Shown: positions 22,734-35,625 of the stretch, in pieces | Position numbering within the stretch: the stretch's first letter is position 1 | Layout of the letters: each line of letters begins with the position of its first letter | Source: Selaginella moellendorffii | Taxonomy: Eukaryota; Plantae; Lycopodiophyta | Length of the DNA: 64,000 bases | Assembly (NCBI RefSeq): GCF_000143415.4 | Contig: NW_003314292.1 | Coordinates: 1,309,498-1,373,497 of the forward strand | Direction: 5' to 3' | Translations under genes and position numbers: made by a program | The notes under the pieces: model-generated | Databases searched by the model: none | What the model saw: the letters and a program-made list of their open reading frames with translations, nothing else | What the model was told of the DNA's origin: nothing

Positions 22734-24764
22734 TCAACCTGGCATTGCACCTGAGTCCCTTTTGAGTTGGCCCCTGTTCCTGGAACTCAATCCCCATTTT
22801 TCATCAATGCTTCGAATCATTCGTGCCCGCAGCAGGATCGTCCACTCAGATCTACTCGGGATGAAGGGCATGTCAGCAATGAGATTGGCCGCATCTTCCA
22901 AGTAGCCGCCACGAGCAAGAAGATCAACGAGGCAGCCATAGTGGCTCTTGGTTGGAGAAATACCAAAGTCTAGTATCATGGAGACAAAAACCGATTTCCC
23001 GCAAGAAAGTTTCCCTGCAAAGGTGCTCGCCACAAGGAGAGAGACAAAGCACGACTCATCCGGGGTGATATCGTCCATGACCATCGCCGAGAACATAGCA
23101 AATGCCTCATCTGGATGCCCAAACTGAGCAAATGCTGTTATTCCAATTGTCCACGACACGTGATTTCTCTCCGGAATATGATTGAGAAAACGGCTTGAAC
23201 ACACAAGCTTGGCATTCCGTGCGTACGATGAAAGCATTCCATTCCATGTATCGAGGTTTTGTTCTGGAATGTGCCTGAAAATCTGCTGGGCAATTTCCAG
23301 ATTCCGGGCTTCGGCATATGCCGTAAGAAGCGTAATACAAGAGGCAGCGTTGTATTCCGGCATCTCGTCAAAGATGCGTTGGCACTCTAAAATGTCGTAA
23401 CGATGAGCGGCCAGGATCGCGTTCCAGACCAGAAGATCTCTATCCTTAAGATTCTGGAAAAGAATTCTAGCATTTTCAAGTTGCCCGTTTTGGGCATAGG
23501 CAGTGAGCATGGCAGTTGATGCCGCGAGGTCTATTTCCGGCATATTCTCGAGAATCTTCTCTGCCACGTGGACATGGCCGCTCTGTGCATTCGCCGCAAG
23601 CAATGTGGTGTAGCAGGCAAGGCTCTTGAGAGGAATGGCGGAGAAGATTCGAGACGCCTCGGAAAGATTCCCTCTAAGAACACACGCTTTGAGCATCGCG
23701 TTCCAGGAGGCGAGATCGTGGGCGGGCATTCGATGGAAGAAAAACTCCCGAATCTCCGCGATTGTGAAGGAATCGAGCACCGCGAGCACCGAGAGCATGA
23801 TGTTCCAGGAGGAGAGATCGCGCTCGGGCATTCGATCGAAGATCTGGCGGGCGAAATGGGGCTGGGCGCTGCGCAGGCACGCAGTGATGAGCGCGTTCCA
23901 GCACACGATCGAGGGCTCCTGTGGGATGCGATCGAAGCAGCGGAATGCCGCTGTGAGGGCGCCGCGATTGGCGTGGGAAGTGAGGAGGATCGTCCAGGAG
24001 ATGAGGTTGTGCTGCGGCATTTGATCGAAGAGGAGCTCGGGATCATCCCCATCTCCTCCAAAATTCCGAGAGTTGGCATGTGCCGAGAGGAGAGAGTTCC
24101 AAGAAACTATGTCCCTCTGTGGCATTCGATCGAAAACCTCTCTCGCTTTGGCGAGATCTTCCTCCCGGGCATAGATCGAGAGAAGTGAGTTCCAGAGATA
24201 GAGACCCTCCATCGGAACTCGATCCAGCAAGCGCTGGATCGCGTCGAAATGCCGCAACTGTGCATAGAGATTGATCATCACTGTCATGGACACGAGATCC
24301 CACTCCGGCATGCCGCGATGGAAAAATTCCCCTGCTTGGATCGATCGCGAAGCTCGCGCATAGCCATCCAGCATCGCGCCCCACGACGCGAGATCCCGGA
24401 CGGGCATTGAATCGAAGAGCTCCTCCGCCGCGAGGATCTCCCCTGCGCGCGCGAGCGCCGCGATCATCGCATTCGTGGACGCGAGGTCGTGGAGCGGCAT
24501 CCGATCGAAGAGCGCCGAGGCGTGGTCGAGCAGGCCACGCCGCGCGTACGCCGCCATCGTTGTCGTCCACGACACGATATCCCGCTGCGGCATTTCCCGG
24601 AAGATCTTTGCCGTGGCTCCCAGATCGCCGGAGCGAGCGTGGGCGCCGAGGATCGCATTCCAGGCCACTAGATCGCGCTCCGCCATGGAATCGAAGAGCT
24701 TGGTCGCGTCCTCCACTCGCCCATCTCGCGCGAGCGCGGCGATGGCCTTGGTCAATGCGATCAT
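22734..24764 (-). CDS. PLS-class PPR protein (S/SS-rich) with partial E domain, no DYW
   Basis: Many FDxMPxRDLxSW motifs; PDESCFVSLL...HYGCLVDLLARGGYLEDA..LIADMPFIP...W..LL (S2-E1). The start Met is uncertain; the ORF extends to 24875. Confidence 0.92.
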   Translation of the reverse strand: MIALTKAIAALARDGRVEDATKLFDSMAERDLVAWNAILGAHARSGDLGATAKIFREMPQRDIVSWTTTMAAYARRGLLDHASALFDRMPLHDLASTNAMIAALARAGEILAAEELFDSMPVRDLASWGAMLDGYARASRSIQAGEFFHRGMPEWDLVSMTVMINLYAQLRHFDAIQRLLDRVPMEGLYLWNSLLSIYAREEDLAKAREVFDRMPQRDIVSWNSLLSAHANSRNFGGDGDDPELLFDQMPQHNLISWTILLTSHANRGALTAAFRCFDRIPQEPSIVCWNALITACLRSAQPHFARQIFDRMPERDLSSWNIMLSVLAVLDSFTIAEIREFFFHRMPAHDLASWNAMLKACVLRGNLSEASRIFSAIPLKSLACYTTLLAANAQSGHVHVAEKILENMPEIDLAASTAMLTAYAQNGQLENARILFQNLKDRDLLVWNAILAAHRYDILECQRIFDEMPEYNAASCITLLTAYAEARNLEIAQQIFRHIPEQNLDTWNGMLSSYARNAKLVCSSRFLNHIPERNHVSWTIGITAFAQFGHPDEAFAMFSAMVMDDITPDESCFVSLLVASTFAGKLSCGKSVFVSMILDFGISPTKSHYGCLVDLLARGGYLEDAANLIADMPFIPSRSEWTILLRARMIRSIDEKWGLSSRNRGQLKRDSGAMPG

Positions 24765-25344
24765 GGGCGACGGAATATCCCACCAGAGAACGGAATATCC
24801 CAGCCTTACGCCCGTCACGATCACATGGTATTTAAGGGACGGAGAAACGATGAGAGAGACGAGGAAAGAAGACAAGGACGGAGAAAGAGTCGATTAGGGC
24901 AATCCGGGAAATGGCGATGGCGAGGTGAGCTCGCGGCGGGGCAAGGCGCTGGCGCCTTGGCGAGTTTTCTAGACAAGAAATTCTTGGGGTTTTAGGGTCG
25001 CCGGATCGATCGATTCCAGCGGTGGAGTAGACGCTAGGTCTCAAATTCTGGCACGGCTCCTGGCTGTGTCTAGCTTGAGTGCGCGCAAGGGTTTCGGTGG
25101 TGGCCACAGCTTTTTGCTCGGGCTAGCTTGCGAAGCGGGACTTTTTTCGAGCTGGGCTGTGAATACAAGCGAGGGACAGGATAGAGGAATTTGGTGAGGA
25201 GCGCGCGTAGAAAAAATCATTCATTGGGGAATTTGCTGGGTGGGATTGATATAGCGAGGCCTCTTTTTTTGGTTCTTAGTGTGAATTATGGACGCATAGC
25301 GGCAATCCAAGTGGGTTATGCAAGAAGAGGAGATTTTCGAGGGG

Positions 25345-28300
25345 ATGAGAAACGATGCCAGCTCGAGAAGCCCCCGCTTTGGGGTAGCACGGAATGGTAG
25401 CAGCAAATTCACCTGGAGAGCGATCTCCAGCTACCTGCGTAGCGTTTCTGCTGGGAATATCGCTGCTACTGTACGCACCGCGAGCTCTTCGGTAACTTCT
25501 ACAGCCTCTCACGAGGAGGACAAGCACCGAGAACAGGTACTTTGATTTTTCTCTTTGATCTTGCGATTTTATTTTTTGCTTTTGTTCCAAAGTGAATTGT
25601 TTCTCTGGTCTTATGCTTTGTTTGGGGCTCGTGAAAAGATCATATCTTCTCAAGGGGATTGCCTTTGACACGTGGGTTTACGCTTGCATTTACGTCCTTG
25701 TTTTCTTGTTCTTGCAGATAGAGTTTGCTGTCATGCTCTTCTTTTTCCTGCGTTATTTTACTTACGTTTCTTTGGAATCTTGCCGCAGGTGCAATGGGCC
25801 TCGCTGGACACTCTGGAAGTTGGCCCCGGCCTGTTTCGTCATGTGTTGTTACTCACGTATCTCCACGGTTTTCAAGTCTGGGACCTGGAAGATGCCGGCA
25901 GCGTAAGAGACATCGTATCAAAACGCGATGGACGTGCTGCATTCCTGCGGCTCAAGCCATTAACCGAAAGTCAAGCTGGAGAACTCAAGGATGTGGAGCC
26001 TCTACTGCTGGTTGTTACGGGGGACTACGCTAGGGGGAACTCTGGCGGCAACGGAACAGTGAGGGCCGTGCACCCGCATTTCGTTCCAACCGTAGTTCGC
26101 TTCTATTCTTTGAGGACGCACAACTACGTCAAGGAGCTGCGCTTCCGGACTGGTATTTATGCTGTTCGGTGCAGCCGACGCCTGATTGCCGTTGCTCTCG
26201 CCAACCAGGTACGCAACCTGGCTTTGTTAGCTTTCCTTTTCTCTTACAGTGCCGTGCTTTTACTTTGTCTTCCAGATCTATGGCTACGACGCCGACACCC
26301 TTCAGACTATTGTCAGTGTGTTGACTTATAGTATGCCTAGTACTGGGCTGGGAGCAGCCAACGCTGGATATGGAGCCTTGGCGCTCGGTCCCAGGTGGAT
26401 GGCTTACCCAGCCAACCAACCGTTTATGTCCTCCGTTGGTCGCGTTTCCCCGCAGCACCTGATATCCCCGGGGATCAGCCCGTCTACGTCACCTGCGAGT
26501 GGTGGCCTGGTTGCTCACTATGCTATGGAGTCGAGCAAGCAGTTGGCAGCGGGGATCATGACACTTGGTGATATGGGATACAAGACTTTGTCCAAGTACT
26601 GCTCCGACTTGTTGCCGGAGGGTGCAAGTAATGGAGCTAGTACTGAAACCGAGTACGCGGGAACTGTAAGTTATATTCTTCTCTGTTTCTGCCTTTCCTC
26701 TTTCCTTGGGCTGATGGTTAAAAGTTTTTAACAGGTGATTGTGCGGGATTACGTAGAGAACAAAATCATCGCGCAATTCCGTGCGCATTCCAGCCCGATA
26801 TCTGCACTTTGTTTCGATCCGAGTGGAACGCTTCTCGTTACGGCGTCCGTGTACGGCCACAACCTGAATGTGTTCCGCCTGACTCCGACAGCAGATGCAA
26901 AGGCCTCGCACGTGCACCTTTACAAGCTCTGTAGAGGCGTTACAAATGCGGTAAGGTTCTACCTTTACTGAAACGAAGCATTTTTCTTACGAGCGGCATC
27001 TCAGGTTATCCAAGACATCAGTTTCAGCCACGACAGTCATTGGATTTCGGTAAGCACTTCCAGGGGCACTAGTCATCTGTTCGCTATTTCACCCTTCGGT
27101 GGAGGTGTCGGGCCTCAGACCCATGGCGCCTGCTCGGTGGATCCTTTCACCGGGCCCATGGTGGTTCCTACACCGGCCTATCCTTGGTGGACTAGCAACG
27201 GCCCGCTTCGTGCTTCTCAACAGGCTCTACCGCCGCCGCCGCCCGCAATCACTCTATCCGTGGTAAGCAGGATAAAGAATGGACTGGGGTGGCGAGGGAC
27301 CGGACGGCCTAATGGCTCCAGTGCAAGTAGCGGGGCTGTGGCAGCCGGGTTTCACGACGGTGACTGTGGAAGCTCGGAAGGCGGGAACTGTAGCCTGAGG
27401 GATAAACTGTGGGTGCTTTGTCCGTCCGGCTACCTTACGAAATACTTGCTGAGACCATGCACAGGGGGGGAGGGAGGATACAGTACAGAAGGATCGAGCA
27501 GTCCGGGGCAGTCTCAGGATTTGAGGCTAATCGTGGAGCCGTCTGAGAAGTGGGATATCTGTCGGCGAAAAGATTGGCTCGAGCGCGAGGCCAGCTACCC
27601 GGACGAGCAGTCTCTGAAAACTGAGATGAAAGTGGAGGAGCTGCAACGCTGGTACATGTCCAACGCCGAAGTACAGATTAGCCAAGCACGGCCGCTCCCG
27701 ATTTGGGCCAAGCCTAATGTAAACTGTCGTTACAAGCAACTTTCTCGTGTTTTCGTTTTCTCCAGCTTACTAACGGTTTGGCTTTTCAGGTGTACTTCCA
27801 TGCACTACTGGTGAAGGACAATCAAGAGCTCGAAATAGAAAAGATGCCGCACCAGGTGATTGAGATCCGAAGAAAGGACTTGAAACCTCTGGTGGACAGG
27901 CTCCAGCAAAGGTATTTTTTTACTTTCTGGAGAATGGCTAACTTTTCCTTCGTGCTCACAGAGACGGAATTGCGGTCCCGAAATACCGCTTGCATAACAA
28001 CTTGGAGACGCAAATCCAGCGATCAAGTAGTGGAAGTAGCTTTGGATCCGAAGGCCCTTTAGTTGACTCGTCCTGTGGATCTAATGGCTTCCACCATAAC
28101 TATCAAGGTTTGTGTCGAGTTTCTTGGTATTTTTTGCCGTAGCAAGCCTTTTGATGTTTGCTTGCACCGCAGGATCTGATGTGTATATTACGGCGGCATC
28201 TCCAGGAGGGATGCTGCAGAACGATTTATTCAGTGCGAGCTGCTTGCATGGTAATCACGTCTTAGCTGCGGTTCCAAACCCGACAACAGGTCAGTCATCT

Positions 28301-28593
28301 CAAGTTTGTCACTGAGCGACAACTTTGGAGAGTTTTGTTCCAGCTCCGGCCGAGGAAGCGATTGCTGCAGCGTCGATGGCCAATGAGTTGCAGGATCCCG
28401 GCCCAGCTCTGGAACCCGAGCCTGCTGCGGCGGTGGACTGTGAAGCAGGGAATGCCGAGAACGAGGCGCAGCAGAGTCACGGCGCAGAGAGCTGGGAAGG
28501 AGCAATGTTTCCCTTCTGTGAAGAAGGTACTCAAACTTAGTTTTTCTTTCGTTTTCTCTAGCGTTTGCTGATAATCTCTTGTTTCCAGACTAG
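25345..28593 (+). CDS. ATG18: Autophagy-related protein 18 (ATG18f/g/h clade; WD40 plus BCAS3 domain)
   Basis: ~10 exons; GFQVWDLED, GYGALALGPRWMAYP, QFRAHSSPISALCFDPSGTLLVTASVYGHN, HLYKLCRGVTNA, WYMSNAEVQ; ends AMFPFCEED*. Confidence 0.93.
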
Positions 28594-29190
28594 TCTTACG
28601 TCGTTGGAGTGGAAGGAATAATGGAAGAAGATGATGGAAGTATTCTAGCAGTCTTGTTTTGTGGAGTGCGATGGACGCTATGGGGCCGACGATGTAAGCC
28701 AAAGTTTTTGAGCGTGCTTACTTTGACTGCAGATTTAACACCCAAGTTCCAGGCTGAGAAAAAGAACAAAAAAATTCGAAAACAGAGAAAAAAACCAACG
28801 AAATTACCATTGGATTCCAACGAAGAAAAACGAGCAAAAAAAAAAAAAAAAAAAAAGAATAAACCGGCTGGGAATGCTTGTATGTAGTTACCTCCAAGCC
28901 CTCTTGATTTTTTACAGCGTTGTAAATACTCTTGTACAGAGATAAAGAAAAGAAGTTTTTACCTTTTTACCACTGTTTTTGTGCCATTTGTACCTTATCC
29001 CCCACCAAAACCCTCCATTTTTTTGGCTATCTAGGGTTCTTCGTTGGAGCGCTCGGCGGTTCTTCTTCGCGAGGTAATGTAGAAGCGAATGCGCTGCGCG
29101 ATTCGATATTGGCGCTCAATCTGAGCTGCGCTGCTGCATTCTTCGATGTTTCTCCACTGAGAATTTCGTGCCTACAGTGCTGTTGGAGCC

Positions 29191-32100
29191 ATGGCGAAGA
29201 CGGAGGAGACGACGAAGGCCGAGACAGCCGCGGTGGAGAAGAAGAACGAGCCGGAGATGATGCGCTACGAGGACTATCGCGGCAATGTGCAAGTGTTTCC
29301 CAAGCCTCCGGAGCCAAACATTGTGGATTTAATCGACCAGGAGACGTGGGGGACGGACGAGGAGGAAATTCTTCCCGAGGAAGAGGAGGAGTCGGAGGAG
29401 GAAGTGGAATTTCGATTCGTTCCTCCGCCTAGGCGTCGAGCCCCGCAGCTGGAAGAGCCAAAGGAGCCTGACGAGGATTCGGAAAAAAAGAAGCTGAGAG
29501 AGCAGGAGATTATGGAGCTGTCACGGGAACAAGATCGTCGTATTGCCGAGGAACGCCAGCGGAAAAAGCTCGAGAGAGTGAAGAAGAAGGAGGAGATTAT
29601 CAAGGACAGGCTCAAGAACGAGTATGAGGCGACATGGAACTTCCCGGTGGATTTGGAAGGGTGGACGGAAGAGGACCTTGGAGAAGAATGGGTGGATCCT
29701 CCTCTCGATGCCACTGGCAGTGGATATGATCCAATGTTTGCGCCACCTCCTCCCGACGAAGATCTGGACAAAGTTATCGCTCAGCAAACGAAGAGAAGCC
29801 GCAAGCAGAAGAAGGAGTTTAAGAAGTATATGGACAAGCTCAGNNNNNNNNNNNNNNNNNNNNNNNNNNNNNNNNNNNNNNNNNNNNNNNNNNNNNNNNN
29901 NNNNNNNNNNNNNNNNNNNNNNNNNNNNNNNNNNNNNNNNNNNTGAGCACAGGAAGAAGCTAAAACGCCGCTGACCGAGGATGGATATCCAGCACGGCCA
30001 TACTACGTGCCTTATCGCCTGCCTTATCCTTCCATACCAAAGATCCATGCCGAGGTTGAGAATGCGTTTGATGTGGTGGAAGAGCTGGAAAAGATCGAGG
30101 AGTTCTTACGTGTGGGGGAGTTATATCTTCCTGATGGATCGAGGTTTGTTCTTTTTCCTTTTCTATTTATTTTTTATACCTCTTTCTGTCGATTTTCTCA
30201 GCTACGAAGGAACCATTTGGGACGACCTTGCTCATGGAAAGGGAGTCTACACATCCATGTTTGAGGACGTACAGTTAAGCCATTTCATCTGACATTTCTG
30301 TGCATATGAGATTGACAAGTTTGGATGCGCAGATATGAAGGTATGTGGCGGCGAAACATGATGGAAGGACACGGGGTGCTTCATGTTCATATTCCAGTAT
30401 ATCAGCCGCCGCCGGACTCCAAGTAAGTCTGTGACTTGTGTCGTGACGTTGTTACTCCGTTCTGTTTTGCAGGCTCGAGAAAGAAATGAGAGATCAAGGC
30501 TGGATTATCAAAGCTGACTACATGCCTCCGGAAGAACGTGAATGGCTAAAGAAGGACATTGAAGATACACTGGAGAAGCCGAACGTAACCATGAAAGAGT
30601 CCGAGTTGTATGAAAACGATCCATACTGGATTGAGCTGTATGGAGAATTGCCGTAAGTTACTTTTCTTGTTTTATTTCATTTTACTGGTATTGCGAAACT
30701 TGCAGAGAAAAGGGTCGATATAAATATTCTGGACAGTGGAAGCATAATCGTATGCACGGATGTGGCGTGCTTGATGTGAACACGCGCCTGATTTACGTAA
30801 GAGTTCTTTCTTACACCAACAGATGTGTCAAACTTGGCTTATATTGTTCAGGGAAAGTTCTATTTTGGAGAGCTCTTAGGAGATCCCGGCGAATGTACTT
30901 TGGAGGCTTGCGCTGTGAGTACTATGCTACAGACATTCGCATTATTAATTTTACTTGATCGTCGTGTAGATCCACTCTGGTTTAGCCCAAGTGGCTGCAG
31001 CCAAAGCGAAGATGTTCACTAAAAAACCGGATGGAAGTACGTACATTTTTAACTATACGGTGGAAGCTCAAGCATAAAAAACTTGCAGTGGTGCGGGAGA
31101 TGGACGGTCCTTTCAATGATCCTCAGCATCCTTACTTTTACGAAGATGAAGATGTTTGGATGGCTCCAGGCTGGGTCAATGCCTATTACGAGGTCGGCCT
31201 CAGCTTCATTTTGAAGTTTTAAATTTGTAATGTATGTCTTCTCTTTTCTGTGAGATGCAGGTTCCCGATCCATGGAAGATTTACGTTGAGGAGGTGGATA
31301 AAGAACAGCAAATGTGGCTTAACTCGTTCATCAAATCACCGCTAAGAATACCAATGCCTGCCGAGCTGGAATACATGTGGGAAAATGGTACATTTGCTGA
31401 TTCTACACTTGGGTTGCTCTGAAGTGATGAATATTGTTACAGGTGACGAGTTTATAGTGTTAACCAACGAGCCTTCCTCTTACGGATGGCTTGACGAGGA
31501 GAACGTGCTGAAGTCTCATCCAAATTTCGAGGGAGAAATCCTCTATCATGTTCCGACCGGTCGACTGATCAACTGGATCTACGATAAAGATGGAAACATA
31601 AAGTTCTTCTGGCAGCCATACAAAGAAGACGGATCTATAAAGCCGGAGGAAGCTGTGTTTCTACCTGATGGTTGGGACGAGTTTTTCTCGGACGAGCCAA
31701 TGGAGGATCCAGATGGACTGAAGGATCCACAAGATCTGACGCGAGAGGAGAGGCTGAAAAAGTACAAGGAAGAAGACGAGCAGATGGAACGGGAATGGCA
31801 AAAGGAGAAAGAAGAAATGGAGCGGAGGTGGCGTGAGGAGGACGAGGAACGGAAAGAGGAAATGAAGCTGAGAGCTGAAATTGAAGATGAGGCAATTGAA
31901 GAGGAGCTGCGACAGCTGGACGAGATTGAACAGGCGATGGACGAAGCAGACAGATTGCGCAAAGAAGCTAAAAAGAAGGGACCCGAGAAGATGGAAAAGC
32001 CGGAACAGCCAACGGAGAAAACTGTGGTAGAGGAAGATGAGGAGGAAGAAGAAGAGCCTTCAACTCTTGACAAAGCGGTGGAACAGGATGAGGTTGAGCC

Positions 32101-32659
32101 TGAAGAGGACACCAAGAGAAGTTTTGGAAAAACAGCTGACGACGAAGACGAACCTCGAAGCTTCGGTAAAGTGGATGAAGATGAAGATGGCGAAGAAGAG
32201 GGAGAAGAGGATAAGAAACCTCGCGGTTTTGGTAAGGTGGCGATGCTAGAAGAGGACAGCAACAGGCCGGACGAGAAAATCTCGGATAGAACCTCAAAGT
32301 CAGCGTTTCCTACGGCATTTGCGGCGATCACAATATCACCATGGCTCCGAGCTTTTACTTTCCCGATGCTCAGGAGGCATCAACAGCAGAAACAAGCCTC
32401 AGGTGGTGGAGAGAAGACGAAGAACTTCCCAAGCCAGCCTTCTTCGGACCTGTCTTTTCCAGAGCGCATGGAACCCGTGAAGATACCTTGTGCCACGAAA
32501 AAGTCCTTCGTCACGCTTAGAACGACGAGGAGTTGCAATAGCTCAGTAGTTCTTCTCGAGAGGCGGAAGAACACGACTCTGCAAAACCAACGCTCGAGAA
32601 AGAGTTACTCGTGGAAGATCTCCGAGCAGGACGTTTTCTCGATCGCGATTCCAGTCTAG
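29191..32659 (+). CDS. TIC100: TIC100/EMB1211, MORN-repeat chloroplast import component; spans an N gap
   Basis: PYYVPYRLPYP, YEGTIWDDLAHGKGVY, YSGQWKHNRMHGCGV, FYFGELL, DPQHPYFYEDEDVWMAPGW, WLNSFIKSPLRIPMPAELE; acidic tail with RSFGK repeats. Confidence 0.92.
29844..29943. other. Assembly gap (100 N)
   Basis: Run of n. Confidence 0.99.
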
Positions 32660-32767
32660 TGGCAGTGGAAGAAATGGAAACAGGAAACAGGAGATGAACA
32701 GGAATACAGGAGCAGGCAAACCATTGGAGGGGTCAGCCACGTCGACTAACTGTCCGTTTTCACATGA

Positions 32768-34345
32768 ATGCGGGCGATTCTTAGGGTCATGGGGAGGAGT
32801 GATCCTCTGGACGAGCCGCCAGAAAAGCAACCCGAGGCCGGTTCCAGTCAAGTTGATCGAGTTTCACAGTCGCCGCCGCAATCGCCACCCACGTCGACGA
32901 GCTACAACTTGTTCAAGACAAGGTCGTCCAAGAGCCTAGAGAAGCAAATCCCGTGGCTCTCCAAGCAGAACGGCGATGCGCCTCCACCAAAGTTTGAGAC
33001 CGACGAGGAGCTCCCGGCGGGGAGGTTCTTCGATGCGTTGCAGGGCCCCGAGCTCGAAGTTCTCAAGGTAAGCTTTTTCCGCGAGCTCGATGATCCAGAG
33101 AGGTAACCTTGTCCACTCCAGGATTCCGAGGATTTGCTGTTGCCACTGGATCAAAAGTGGCCTTTTCTACTTCGCGTACCAGCCAATGTATTCGGAGTAA
33201 GCATCGGACTCTCAGCGCAGTCTCTTCTCTGGGCCGAGATCCACGACGCATCATCGCTGAGCTACTTGAAACACGTCCCCAACGGAGTGCTTTTCGCGCT
33301 GTGGTCGATCGGGGTGTTCGTCCACACCGTCATCTTCTCGGCCTACGCATTGAAGTGCGTCTTCTACTTCGAAGCCGTGCGCCGGGAGTTTCATCATCCA
33401 GTGAGAGTCAACTATTTCTTCGCTCCCTGGGTGGCGGCCATGCTGCTGGCGCTGAGTACCCCGAAGGACATCGCCAAGCGGCTCCATCCGTGGCTGCTCG
33501 GCGTCTTCATGGGGCCGGTGTTTGCTCTCGAGGTGAAGATCTACGGGCAGTGGCTGTTTGGAGGCGAGAGAAGGCTGTCCAAAGTCGCAAACCCGACCAC
33601 TCACCTGGCGCTCACGGGCAACTTCGTCGGATCGTTGCTCTCTCACGTCGTTGGGTGGAAGGAGTTTGCGACCTTCCTCTTCGCGGTCGGCTTGGCACAC
33701 TACGTGGTTCTCTTCGTCACGCTCTACCAGAGGCTGCCGACCAACGAGACGCTCCCGAAGGAGCTCCACCCGGTGTTCTTCCTCTTCATCGCTGCTCCAA
33801 GCATCGCTAGCGAGGCCTGGGAGATGCTCGCTGGAAGTTTTGACTACCCGGCCAGGCTCATACACTTCGTGGGACTCTTTCTCTTCATCTCACTGGTAAG
33901 CTTGCTTTATTTTTTTTTCTAGCTAGAATTTCTTTTCTCCAGCCGGAAACTAATCGTATCGTTTTTCGCTTTTCATCTTCGAGCAGATTGTCCGGTTGAA
34001 TTTTTTTCGCGGCTTCAGGTACTCGTCAAAATCGATTTTTTCTTTCTCCTCGCATCTAACTTGGCTTCCAGGTTCTCGATCGCGTGGTGGGCTTACACAT
34101 TCCCAGTGGCAGCAATGGCGATGACCGCGAATCGCTACGGCCTGGTAGTCTCCTCGTGGCTCACCGATGCAATGACAAGCTTCTTCATCTTTTTGTCCGT
34201 GGCGATCGTCGCTTGCGTGCTCGTCCTCTCGATCCTCCACGCCGTGCTGTGGGGGACGCTCCTCCCCAACGATATGGCGATCGCCATCACCACGCACAAG
34301 AAGAAAAAATCGCACTCGCAGCGCGTCGTCAAGCACCAGGTCTGA
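32768..34345 (+). CDS. S-type anion channel of the SLAC1/SLAH family
   Basis: Exons ~32768-33067, 33122-33895, 33986-34018, 34072-34345; RFFDALQGPELE, WPFLLR, EAVRREFHHPVRVNYFFAPW, LYQRLPTNETLPKELHPVFFLFIAAPS, FSIAWWAYTFP, LLPNDMAIAIT. Confidence 0.95.
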
Positions 34346-34436
34346 GCGAAACGCGAGAGGAAGAAGAAGATGAATTTTTGAGAGAAATTTTAAAAACTTT
34401 AGGCTCGCATTTTCAAGCTAGGCTAGGGTTTTGAGA

Positions 34437-35469
34437 ATGGCGATGGCGATGCCACTGGCGCTTGCGTCGATGGCGATCCCGAGTGGATCGCTGCGGATGG
34501 ATCTTGTCTGCCATCGCCAGCAGCTGGGATCGCCGGCGCCGCGCGGGCGATCGTTATTTTCCTCCTCGTCGACCATCGGGTAAGTCCGACGCGTCCCTCG
34601 CTTGGATTGGCTCTTGGATCGGTTACATTTTTCCCCCTTGACAGTTGGAGAACGTTCCCGATTTGAACAGTCGTTCTCTCTGTTTTTTTTTTGTCTCGCC
34701 AGGAAGAAAATTCCACTGGCATTTTCATCGAGAATGATGAAGAGGGGATGTCAAACTGGAGCTTTCTCTGTGCAGTGCTCGGGCGAGACGCTGCGATGGG
34801 TCTCGACAGTGTCTGCTGTGTAAGAATTCTCTTTGCGATGAAAGCTTTGGTCTTGATTTCTTTTTCTTCCAGGGCTCTTCTCCTTGTTAAGAACACTGGA
34901 GTTCGAAAATCGCTGCTCGTTCCACTCTTGGCATTGCAAATGCCTCAAAATGTTATCAACTGGATGAAGTAAGTTTCCGCTTTCACTGGTTTTTTCTTCT
35001 GCCTGTGTGTTGATATTGATCTTGGTCTTGCAGGGGTGAATATGGATTGTGGTCAGCATTTCTAGCGCTTACTGTCCGGCTTTTCTACACCATACCAGGT
35101 TCGTTGATAGCCTCGAGTTTTTCTTCTCTCGTTGGTGTAACCATGGTAGTATTTAACAGGAGAGCTTGAGCTTCCTTTGGTTCTTCTCTTGCTCGTCATT
35201 ACAGCTCCATACCAAGTGATGCAGCAAAGGTATAGTTTCTCACTCTTTCTTTCAAGAAAGTGATGCCAAACTTTGTTTGCTCCGTGTATGATAGAGGGAC
35301 TCAAGCGGGACTGATCATATGGGCCACACTATCATCCTACTTGGGATTCCAACACATCTCTCGAGCTGGAGGGATCGGCCGTGCGTTCCACCAGCGAGTC
35401 CTCGTCCCGACCGTGGCCTCCATCTTTTTGGTGGCCGTTCCGGTCGTGCTTCTCTACCAGGGCCTCTGA
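34437..35469 (+). CDS. COR413: Cold-regulated 413 chloroplast inner-membrane protein (COR413-IM/TM)
   Basis: Transit-like N-terminus; TGVRKSLLVPLLALQMP, WMKGEYGLWSAFLALTVRLFYTIPGELELP, FQHISRAGG. Confidence 0.88.
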
Positions 35470-35625
35470 AAGCAACGCGTGTAGTACGTATGTGTGTATT
35501 CGTTACTGTACAGCTTCGTTTTGTATCATTGACTAACAATAACGAGTTTGTGTTTAAGAGAAAGATCACTGTTAAGGGAGCTGGGGCGGTGGGATACTTG
35601 TTAGAAGAGAACTTTAGTCCAGGGA

